From an uncultured virus (IMG/VR IMGVR_UViG_3300013382_000005) (taxonomy: Duplodnaviria > Heunggongvirae > Uroviricota > Caudoviricetes): a stretch of DNA of 64,000 bases. Shown piece after piece: positions 9,239-17,425 of this stretch. Every line of letters begins with the position of its first letter. Within the stretch, counting starts at the first letter, position 1. The notes beneath the pieces are model-generated. The model was not told the origin of the DNA. It searched no databases and saw only the letters and a list, made by a program, of their open reading frames with translations. The translations under genes and the position numbers were made by a program. The DNA lies in the IMG/VR virus record IMGVR_UViG_3300013382_000005; one strand, written 5' to 3'.

Positions 9239-12175
9239 ATGGCACAAACAACTTCCATTTTCTTTCAGGATGAATTACTCCCTGGTGTATTAACCGAGAT
9301 CCAGCAGGATTATAATTATGGTTATTATACTACTACTTGGGGCACCACGTCATCAGTACTTGTTTTAGGTACTGCATTTACTGGCCCTCTTAATAAGGTT
9401 GTAAAGATTTATAGTCCTGAACACGCACTCTTTGTTTTTGGTAATACATATGATTCTGCTAATCATAAAGAGGCTTCACTTGTTACTGGTATCCAGGATG
9501 TATATGATAAAGGATGCAGATCCATTTATGCTTGCCGTATAGCCGGTAAGGATATTTATAAGGATTTCGAGCTTGCTCCAAACCTTGGTTACAAGCTCCG
9601 TGTATCTGGTGCATATCCGTCTAATGAGTGCAAGGATATGTATATCAGATTCGTAAATGATGGTATTCACCTTAAACTGATTTATTATAAGCCAGCTGAT
9701 AGATCCACTATCTATGAGAAGATGAATGGTGTCGTCGATTCTGCTGATTCTATGATTGAAACTGTTCTTGATCTTAGTGGCACTTGGGGTTATACTTCTG
9801 AGACTAAGATTTCTGAACTTATCAATCTCTTTAATACATATAGAACCAATAATGTTTTAAGACTCAGTATTGTTAAGGATGGCGTAGATGTTACTTCTAC
9901 TGATCCTGAGGCTCAGAATCTTCCTATCGCTTCTATCTTCAGCGGTATGTACTTTATAGGCAGAGATAAGAATCTGTGCGATGCATTTACCCTCGTAGAT
10001 GATAAGCTTGCAGAAACTGATAATCTTTGGAAGAAGCGCACAAATGTCAATACCTTCAGAGTGCTTAAGATAAATACTGATATCAACGCATCGTATCCTA
10101 TCGCTGGTGAATATGATGCACTCAGAAATATCTTTACTGCTGTTACTACTACTTCAACATTTGACTTTGTTGATAATGTGGCTAATATCGATCTCCTTTA
10201 TGGTAAGGATGATACTGATTATGAGCAGGTAGATATCTCTGGTTTTGATCTCTATAAGGCTCTTGGTTCAGGTTTTGCTACTACGGCTCATATTGAACTT
10301 AAGAATCCTGATATCCAGAATCCTACTGAAAAGGACTATGTAGTTAAGGAAACTGGTGAAGATAATACAAATAGAATTGTAGCTATCTCTGATGGTCTCT
10401 ATTCTATGCTTCAGAATGTTCCTACCGATTATAGAGTTCTTGCACATTCTTCTGCTATTGAAAGTATGGATACAAAGCTTCCGAGTAAAAAGGAATTCCT
10501 TACTAAGGTTGCTGGCGACATTCAGTTTATTAAGACTGATGACGACAAGAAAGCAATTAGAATCACTCCTATAGTTAACGATGATACTGATATCTCTGAT
10601 ACCAATAAGTTTTCGTTTGACCTGTCTATAGTCGCTGATGATACTATTGTTCCTGTAGAGACCAAAGATTGTGCTGCTACTCATACTGCTAAGGCAATTG
10701 CAGTTGTAACTGATAATTCTGCTGATAGCATCAAAGGTATCAAAGATGGCGAAACCTTTGCTATCAAGACTGAAGATTCTTATGATATCTTCCTCATGAG
10801 AAATGGTACTCAAGTTTCAATTGACGGTATGAAGTCTGTCTTTGATGGTGAGTACTTCTTCGATGTAGAAAATGGTAAGATTCTTAAGGTTACCTATTCA
10901 GAAAACCAGACTGCTCCTGCAAAGACATATGCTGTTACTGCTATGGACTATTCTACTTATACTGCTGATTCAATCAGTGATGGCGGCAAAGCAAACTTCC
11001 TTGTTTCTCTTGATAATAATACTTTCGTAGCTAAATATGATGAAACATCTAACAAGGCTGACATTATTGGTTCTATTGATCAGGTTCTTACTTCTGATGC
11101 TTCTGGTATTTATGTAATCCCTGCTCTTCACAATAGTGGCAATACTCATAAGATTATTATCACTGAGGATTATGCAAGCGCTAATACTTATGAGTCGTTT
11201 ATGCACGACTTAGAGTCTGCTCTTGGCAAATCTTTTACATTTGAATATGCAGAGAATTTTGAGTCCTATAAAAATGAATATCTTAATAGCGATGCAGCTA
11301 CATTAAATAATCAGACTACTGTTGCTGGGTTATTTGCAAAGCAAGTATTTGATACTACTAAGTATATTCCTTATAAGACTACTGACAATCTTGCTAGACA
11401 GCTTGCACAGCATTGCACATATACTTCTATCAAGACTGGTTCTACTCATGGTATTATTGGTTATCGTAAGATAAGCGATACTTCTATTACCGGTATTGCT
11501 AAAGTCGTTGATCAGGCATGCAAGACTGACTTTGACTTATATGCTAAGAGACCTAATGGCAAGTATATGCTTGACAAGGATAGTTCTCCATATAATATTG
11601 GCAAGAATATCTCCATGACATTTGGCTGCTACTATGTAACCACTGCTGATGGTTATAAGTATGTTTCTAATGGCGCTGGTGGATATGCTGGTATGATTTC
11701 TGCTCTTTCTATAGATCAGTCTTCTACTAATCAGCCAATCGATATTGACGAGCTTCCATTTGAATTAACTAATTATCAGCTTGAGAATCTTACCAACGCT
11801 GGATTTGTTACATTCAAGAATTCTTATACTAAGGGCACTGTTGTTACTGATGGTATCACGATGGCACCTAATACTTCTGCATTTAAGAGACTTAGCACCA
11901 CAAGGATTACCGGTTTCATTGAGACCTTAATTCGTAGTGCATGTGAGCCATTTATTGGTCGTCAAAATAACCTTGCAAATCGTAATTCTATTAAGACTGC
12001 TGTTAACTCCGCACTCTATAAGATTATGGGTACTCTGATCAAGGATTTTGATTTCACAATCACCTCTGATCTTTCTCAGCAGAAGCTTGGCATAATCGAT
12101 ATCGATTATGTAATCGTTCCTTATTATGAGATTCGTCAGATCCGTAATAGAATCACTATTAAGGATTCTATATAA
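9239..12175 (+). CDS. Tail sheath protein (978 aa)
   Basis: GAGGAGG RBS favours ATG 9239 over TTG 9212. N-terminal LPGVLTE; C-terminal LSTTRI...FIGRQN...VPYYEIRQIRNRI sheath signature. Confidence 0.88.
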   Translation: MAQTTSIFFQDELLPGVLTEIQQDYNYGYYTTTWGTTSSVLVLGTAFTGPLNKVVKIYSPEHALFVFGNTYDSANHKEASLVTGIQDVYDKGCRSIYACRIAGKDIYKDFELAPNLGYKLRVSGAYPSNECKDMYIRFVNDGIHLKLIYYKPADRSTIYEKMNGVVDSADSMIETVLDLSGTWGYTSETKISELINLFNTYRTNNVLRLSIVKDGVDVTSTDPEAQNLPIASIFSGMYFIGRDKNLCDAFTLVDDKLAETDNLWKKRTNVNTFRVLKINTDINASYPIAGEYDALRNIFTAVTTTSTFDFVDNVANIDLLYGKDDTDYEQVDISGFDLYKALGSGFATTAHIELKNPDIQNPTEKDYVVKETGEDNTNRIVAISDGLYSMLQNVPTDYRVLAHSSAIESMDTKLPSKKEFLTKVAGDIQFIKTDDDKKAIRITPIVNDDTDISDTNKFSFDLSIVADDTIVPVETKDCAATHTAKAIAVVTDNSADSIKGIKDGETFAIKTEDSYDIFLMRNGTQVSIDGMKSVFDGEYFFDVENGKILKVTYSENQTAPAKTYAVTAMDYSTYTADSISDGGKANFLVSLDNNTFVAKYDETSNKADIIGSIDQVLTSDASGIYVIPALHNSGNTHKIIITEDYASANTYESFMHDLESALGKSFTFEYAENFESYKNEYLNSDAATLNNQTTVAGLFAKQVFDTTKYIPYKTTDNLARQLAQHCTYTSIKTGSTHGIIGYRKISDTSITGIAKVVDQACKTDFDLYAKRPNGKYMLDKDSSPYNIGKNISMTFGCYYVTTADGYKYVSNGAGGYAGMISALSIDQSSTNQPIDIDELPFELTNYQLENLTNAGFVTFKNSYTKGTVVTDGITMAPNTSAFKRLSTTRITGFIETLIRSACEPFIGRQNNLANRNSIKTAVNSALYKIMGTLIKDFDFTITSDLSQQKLGIIDIDYVIVPYYEIRQIRNRITIKDSI

Positions 12176-12196
12176 TTGATATGAGGTACAATATAA

Positions 12197-12325
12197 ATGA
12201 ACGATAATACTTCAGTTGAAAAATATACAGAAACTTATACTTCTTTTAGCGGCGCTGATATCGTAGCTTCATTCAATGGAGTTGTGATTGGTGAGCTTCA
12301 GGGTATAACGTATTCAGTTTCAAGA
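12197..12325 (+). CDS. Tail tube protein, exon 1 (missing from the ORF track)
   Basis: GAGG RBS and ATG 12197. MNDNTSVEKYTETYTSFSGADIVASFNGVVIGELQGITYSVSR matches the paralogue at 13397 (TQTYTSFSGADMVA...GTLQTISYSLH). The unspliced frame stops at TAA 12335-12337. Confidence 0.88.
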
Positions 12326-12720
12326 GAAACGAAGTAAAAATATTTACTTCACAAACTTCTCCGTGTATACAGTAATGTATGCAGGACACGACCTTAAAAC
12401 CAGTAATCGCTAAAACTTTGTTACTACAATAAGAGATAGAATCAGAAACTCTTATGAATGTGAAGAAATTCGGAAACAACAACAAAGATTGTATATGATG
12501 AGAATCTAAGTACATAAAATGCGTGTTTGGTCTCCAAGTCAGAAATGATATGGTCAAACGACTATGGATTGAAAAATCCGTAAAGCTGCAAGCTATTGGC
12601 AGAAGAAATGGGTCGCCCCTAATAGGTAATGCTAAGGGTGAAGAAATAGTCTACTCACATCTTAATTGGATGTGCAGCCAATATGGCGTAATAAGATTAG
12701 CGATCTTATTAGAATATAAG
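12326..12720 (+). ncRNA. Group I intron-like ribozyme (IA2-like), no homing endonuclease; boundaries uncertain by a few nt
   Basis: P2 with GTAA tetraloop (12364-12383); P3 CGACCT 12389-94 / GGGTCG 12610-15; P4 ACCAG/TTGGT; P7 A-C(bulge)-GACTA 12558-64 / TAGTCT 12647-52; J8/7 GAAGAAA; P7.1 GGATT-GAAA-AATCC; three P9 hairpins; terminal G. Removal restores the reading frame and paralogue alignment. Confidence 0.85.
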
Positions 12721-13281
12721 GAAAAAGCTCCGATCTACACGCTCGGTTCCCCAGAACCTCGTTCCTTCTCTAGAGGAAAAAGAGGCATAGCTGGTACTCT
12801 CGTATTCACTATGTTTAACCGTGATGCTCTTCTCGAAGAGTTCAAGGCTCATAACCAGATGAATAAACTCCAGAAATTCAAAGGCAATGTTTCAAGTACA
12901 GACATTGGCGGCTATACTCCATATACATCTATTGATGAATGGGATAGAGCAATGACCAATGGCACATACAGCAATGATGGTTCTTCTACTGTCCAGACTA
13001 CTGGTGATCTTGTAGATAAGAATGCAGATGCTGCATATGCTGATGAAATTCTGCCGTTCGATATTACAATTACTTTTGCTAATGAGTATGGTCAGAATGC
13101 AGTTGCTACTATCTATGGTGTTGAGCTTCTTAACGAAGGCTCTGGATTCTCCATTGATACAGTTTCTGCTGAAAAGGCTTATACATTCATTGCACGCAGA
13201 ATCAGCTATATGAAGAAGGATGACGGTACTACCGAACTCTCTAACTCTCATAAGCTCTCTGGTGCATCTTACGCAGAGTAA
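12721..13281 (+). CDS. Tail tube protein, exon 2 (joined product about 229 aa)
   Basis: EKAPIYTLGSPEPRSFSRGKRGIAGTLVF...ADEILPFDITITFANEYG aligns with ERNAVRSIG...GPRTIAGSLVF...ADELPPFNVTITFANEYG of the 13397 gene; follows the sheath gene. Confidence 0.88.
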   Translation, partial: EKAPIYTLGSPEPRSFSRGKRGIAGTLVFTMFNRDALLEEFKAHNQMNKLQKFKGNVSSTDIGGYTPYTSIDEWDRAMTNGTYSNDGSSTVQTTGDLVDKNADAAYADEILPFDITITFANEYGQNAVATIYGVELLNEGSGFSIDTVSAEKAYTFIARRISYMKKDDGTTELSNSHKLSGASYAE

Positions 13282-13294
13282 TTTTAAATAGGTT

Positions 13295-13328
13295 AAATGG
13301 GGTCGCAAATGCGACTCCATTTTTGTTT
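13295..13328 (+). terminator. Intrinsic terminator after tail tube gene
   Basis: AAATGGGGTCGCA-AA-TGCGACTCCATTT hairpin followed by T residues. Confidence 0.8.
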
Positions 13329-13346
13329 ATTATAAAGTATGCTATT

Positions 13347-13357
13347 GGTAATAATAT
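13347..13357 (+). promoter_or_regulatory. Putative late-promoter motif GGTAATAATAT
   Basis: One of seven intergenic RGTAATWWTW copies upstream of + strand structural genes. Confidence 0.5.
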
Positions 13358-13396
13358 GATAGCTAAAACAAATCTAAAATAAGAACGGTAAAAATA

Positions 13397-15082
13397 ATGT
13401 CCCAATTAGAAAATATCACACAAACTTATACGTCATTCAGTGGTGCTGACATGGTTGCTGTGTGTAATATCTTAGGTGAAGACGTTGTTTTAGGAACACT
13501 CCAGACAATCAGTTATTCACTTCATATGGAGAGAAATGCTGTAAGGTCTATTGGTAATATCAATGCAAAAGACTATACTCAAGGCCCACGTACAATAGCA
13601 GGCTCTCTTGTTTTTGCTGTTTTTGATAAGCATGTACTTTATCATATGGCAGAAGCATTTAAATACAACAATAAGTATAAAGATAATAAATATACTCAGC
13701 TATATGGTAAGTATAAATCCTTTACTAATAATAGACATGTATTAGCTGATGAATTGCCGCCATTCAATGTCACAATAACATTTGCAAATGAATATGGTAA
13801 TAGATCCAAGCTTGCTATATATGGTATCAGATTATTGAATGAAGGACAGGTTATGTCTGTCAGCGATCTTTATACCGAAAATACTTATCAGTTTGTCGCG
13901 CTTGATATTGACTATCTTTATTCTGGTGATCCACAATTAAATTATGAAGATGATGACGAATCAGAGGAAATAAAAACTCCTCAGATTAATACATCAAAGA
14001 ATTATAAGTCTGATGATAGTATAGTTATTGAGCATATAAATCATGATTATACAAACAGTCTTAGTTTGATCAATATATCAAAAAAGAGCCTAGACGAAAA
14101 CGCAAAATTAAATGGCGGTATATTATATGTAAAGCAGGCGTTGTTAAGCGACGCCCAATGGCACGAATATCCCATACCAAAAAATAATACAAATACGTAT
14201 CGAGAAACCTTACGCCTTGAAAATGGTGTATATAATGCTTATTTCATTGAATCTGAAACAGATTTAAAAAGCAATGAAATAACAATAAACATTCATGATG
14301 AGGTCAGAGCATTCAAACCGATAATCGAAAATACTATATATCGTAATGGAGAATTATACCTAAAATTCAAGCTCTTCAGTGCATTATACTTTGGACATAC
14401 AACACTTAATCTTCGCGATTCATCTAAAACAAGAATTAAGAGTTATGCAATCGATGAAAATTATAATGCATATATTCCATTCTCGGATTTGAAAGATAGC
14501 AATAAATATTATCTAGATACAAGTCGCAAAGATAAAGATTATAGTTCACTCGAAACATATACTGCTTCACATATATTCGAATTAAACTTCTCTGCTGAGA
14601 TATTCGATATAATTCAATTTATTCAAAATCATTGGATACAAGAATATGAAAGTGAATTATTAATGGTGATAAAAGAATTCTATAATAATCAATCTACATT
14701 CTTTTATTCGGCTTGTACCATGATGATTAAATCGCAATCATATGCAGACAATGACAGATTCTATTATACATTTTTAAATCGTATATGTGATCTTGAAAAT
14801 GAATATTTGCAATTAATAAATGGAGAGAATTTCTTACCTCCAGACAAAACAGACGCAAATGAAATTTATTATCTATCATGTCTCGGTACAGCATATGAAA
14901 CTAAGAAAGATATAATTGTATCTAATCTGAATCAGATGGTTGAGTTTGGCGAAGATCCCAAATTCTATAATGTTCCAAGCATTACAAACAATAAACGGTC
15001 ATACGCTTATTATTATTGTATGATTAACAGATCCACAAAAGCACTGTCAACTATATTAGGAGGTATCAGACAATATGAATAA
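13397..15082 (+). CDS. Tail-tube-domain protein with C-terminal extension (tube initiator-like)
   Basis: First ~175 aa are clearly paralogous to the intron-split tube protein. Confidence 0.75.
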   Translation: MSQLENITQTYTSFSGADMVAVCNILGEDVVLGTLQTISYSLHMERNAVRSIGNINAKDYTQGPRTIAGSLVFAVFDKHVLYHMAEAFKYNNKYKDNKYTQLYGKYKSFTNNRHVLADELPPFNVTITFANEYGNRSKLAIYGIRLLNEGQVMSVSDLYTENTYQFVALDIDYLYSGDPQLNYEDDDESEEIKTPQINTSKNYKSDDSIVIEHINHDYTNSLSLINISKKSLDENAKLNGGILYVKQALLSDAQWHEYPIPKNNTNTYRETLRLENGVYNAYFIESETDLKSNEITINIHDEVRAFKPIIENTIYRNGELYLKFKLFSALYFGHTTLNLRDSSKTRIKSYAIDENYNAYIPFSDLKDSNKYYLDTSRKDKDYSSLETYTASHIFELNFSAEIFDIIQFIQNHWIQEYESELLMVIKEFYNNQSTFFYSACTMMIKSQSYADNDRFYYTFLNRICDLENEYLQLINGENFLPPDKTDANEIYYLSCLGTAYETKKDIIVSNLNQMVEFGEDPKFYNVPSITNNKRSYAYYYCMINRSTKALSTILGGIRQYE

Positions 15083-16127
15083 TGTTACAACCTATAAGGT
15101 TCCTAATACAAGACTTGGCAGTAAAGCAATGTATTCTAACATTATTAATCGCAATAATGTTACATTAGGACAAAACAAATATGGTGATCTAAGCAGTTTG
15201 TCAGAAACCAGATACTTCTCTGCTGTTGACGCAGGAATCTATTTTGGTGATGTATATATAGATGAGTGCGTTGACATCTCATTTACAATGCAACAAAGCA
15301 CTCTACCAATTACCGGTTATAATTCATATGTCTTTGATACATGTGCTCAAGGTGCAAGAATTATACAAGGTTCGTTTGCTATCAATTTTACAAAATCTAA
15401 TTATTTATATGAGATACTCAATTCTATAGACACGACCAATACTGGAGCTACATTAAGTAGTATCAGTAAACCGTGTAACCAAATTACAATGGATAAGAAT
15501 ACTAAAGCACCAATGTATAATAAGTGCTTCAATATAGTTATCCCATATGGAGAAGTCAATACTGTAATTAACAAACAATTGCTTAAACTATCTACTATGA
15601 TAGTACTTAAGGGAGTCCATTTAATTTCATGTTCACAATCGTTTGGAACAGCTTCAAACGGTGGTGGCGCAACCATATTTGAACAGTATCAATTCTATGC
15701 AAGAGATATTGCATTTGATAATAATGATACAACAGAAACTGAAGTTAAAAATGATGTTATAGAAAAAGAAGATATTACAGTTAATAGCTTTATCGCCTAT
15801 GAAAAAAGTGGAGCATATGATCTTATTGGTAATATCACAATCAACAACAATAATATCGAAGAGATAACAAATATAAATGCCATATTCAATAATAAATATA
15901 GTATGTCTCTTACATATGATTCTGATTCATATACTTTTTCACATCATATTTCTACGGCTAAAAGTCAATATAAAAATGGTTTTGATCAAGCAATAGCCAC
16001 TTATTTATATAAAGAAGGTATGGAAAATTCTGCGCCAGTAATTGTTCCAATTACATTCAATTATAATTATTATAATGATGATACTGCACATAGTCAAACC
16101 ACTCTAGTTCAAGTGCAATATAAATAA
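15075..16127 (+). CDS. Third tail-tube-domain protein
   Basis: YFSAVD...ISFTMQQSTLPITGY...QGARIIQGSFAINF...EQYQFYARDI parallels the other tube paralogues. Confidence 0.65.
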   Translation: MNNVTTYKVPNTRLGSKAMYSNIINRNNVTLGQNKYGDLSSLSETRYFSAVDAGIYFGDVYIDECVDISFTMQQSTLPITGYNSYVFDTCAQGARIIQGSFAINFTKSNYLYEILNSIDTTNTGATLSSISKPCNQITMDKNTKAPMYNKCFNIVIPYGEVNTVINKQLLKLSTMIVLKGVHLISCSQSFGTASNGGGATIFEQYQFYARDIAFDNNDTTETEVKNDVIEKEDITVNSFIAYEKSGAYDLIGNITINNNNIEEITNINAIFNNKYSMSLTYDSDSYTFSHHISTAKSQYKNGFDQAIATYLYKEGMENSAPVIVPITFNYNYYNDDTAHSQTTLVQVQYK

Positions 16128-16167
16128 CGCATAAATATAATATAATAATCGGAGAGTTATATAATAT

Positions 16168-16647
16168 ATGAAACTTAATAGTATTAAAAATAGCAATCAG
16201 GATAATAATCAAGTAGAAGTAACAGAGGAATCTACTCCTACCCTTAGTACACAGAAAGTAGAACCAGTAAAAGAGGATTTATCTGGACTCACATTAAATG
16301 AGAAGATAGAGTACTGGAAAAATAAATACAAGAAAATCTACAGAACAATTATAGATGATACTACGTTTATCTGGAGAAGGCTCAATAGAAATGAATATGC
16401 TTCTGTTGCATTTGAGACATTCAGCGATAATAAAAAGCTAGACATGTTTGAAAAGCAATTCAGATTCTGTCAGTTCTGTGTATTGTATCCTGACAATGCA
16501 ATAGAGATGATGAATGAAAGTGCAGGTATTGCTCCTGTCCTTGCTGATGAAATAGTATTTAAGAGCGGATTCAGCTCTATGTTTCCTAAGACTGAAGAAG
16601 TTACTTCTGCTGATGATCTTTCTGATGAAGATAGTGATAAGGAGTAA
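16168..16647 (+). CDS. Tail assembly chaperone (putative)
   Basis: Lies between tube genes and tape measure; acidic; FIWRRLNRNEY...CVLYP...AGIAPVL. Confidence 0.6.
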   Translation: MKLNSIKNSNQDNNQVEVTEESTPTLSTQKVEPVKEDLSGLTLNEKIEYWKNKYKKIYRTIIDDTTFIWRRLNRNEYASVAFETFSDNKKLDMFEKQFRFCQFCVLYPDNAIEMMNESAGIAPVLADEIVFKSGFSSMFPKTEEVTSADDLSDEDSDKE

Positions 16648-16653
16648 TAGTCT

Positions 16654-17361
16654 ATGAAAATTAAAAACGCTTCTTCTGAAACTAAAGAGAAACAAGATAG
16701 TGAAGTTAGCTTATCTGAATTCATTGAGTCTATAGAAGAAAAGTATCGTGATTATTTTATAGATAAGGTCGATAATGAAGTATTCATCTATACCCCTATT
16801 GGTCGAAAAGATTGGATAGATATTTGTGAAAGAACAGACTTGAATCAATTTAAAAAAGAAGAATTAATATGTTCTATTTGCACTATATATCCTAAAAATT
16901 ATGATTTCACAGAATGTCTTGCTGGTATACCTACAGAACTATCTAAGCTTATTATAGAACATTCCTATCTTAAAAAAGAAGATATGATTGATATGATCAC
17001 ATTCTATCGGAATGAAATGAATACTATAAACAATAATATAACTTGTCTTATAAACGAAGCATTCCCTAATTATGATATTGAAGAAATAGAAAACTGGGGA
17101 ATGGATCGCACCATTAAGTATTTTACAAGAGCGGAATGGAAGCTTACAAATCTTCGTGGTATGCCTCTGAAAGAGGATATTGTAACATTATTACAGCAAT
17201 CAAATGGAAGTACGGCAAGTGATGATAGCACTAATATGAAAAGCGCTGATACAGCAGAAGTAGTAGATTCTGGTGCTAATCTGACTCCAGAACGACTTGC
17301 TGAACTCAAGGCTAAATTCCCAGATATAGACTGGGGTAATCCAACTACTCATTTAAGATAA
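16654..17361 (+). CDS. Second tail assembly chaperone (paralogue of the upstream gene)
   Basis: FIYTPIGRKDW...CTIYP...AGIPTEL aligns with the upstream gene; has its own AAGGAG RBS. Confidence 0.6.
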   Translation: MKIKNASSETKEKQDSEVSLSEFIESIEEKYRDYFIDKVDNEVFIYTPIGRKDWIDICERTDLNQFKKEELICSICTIYPKNYDFTECLAGIPTELSKLIIEHSYLKKEDMIDMITFYRNEMNTINNNITCLINEAFPNYDIEEIENWGMDRTIKYFTRAEWKLTNLRGMPLKEDIVTLLQQSNGSTASDDSTNMKSADTAEVVDSGANLTPERLAELKAKFPDIDWGNPTTHLR

Positions 17362-17371
17362 AGGTATTTAT

Positions 17372-17417
17372 GCTTGCCAAATAATATTTAAGTATATTAT
17401 TTAGGCAAGCTGTTTTT
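17372..17417 (+). terminator. Hairpin/terminator before the tape-measure-like gene
   Basis: GCTTGCC-AAATAATA...TATTATTT-A-GGCAAGC followed by TGTTTTT. Confidence 0.6.
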
Positions 17418-17425
17418 ATATAAAT

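Noticed and set aside
12273..12557. 94-aa minus-strand ORF as an intron-encoded homing endonuclease
   Set aside because: Wrong strand, and no HNH, GIY-YIG or LAGLIDADG motif.
12523..12720. ORF-track start of the tube gene at GTG 12523
   Set aside because: This stretch is intron core. The true N-terminus, homologous to the paralogue, is at 12197.
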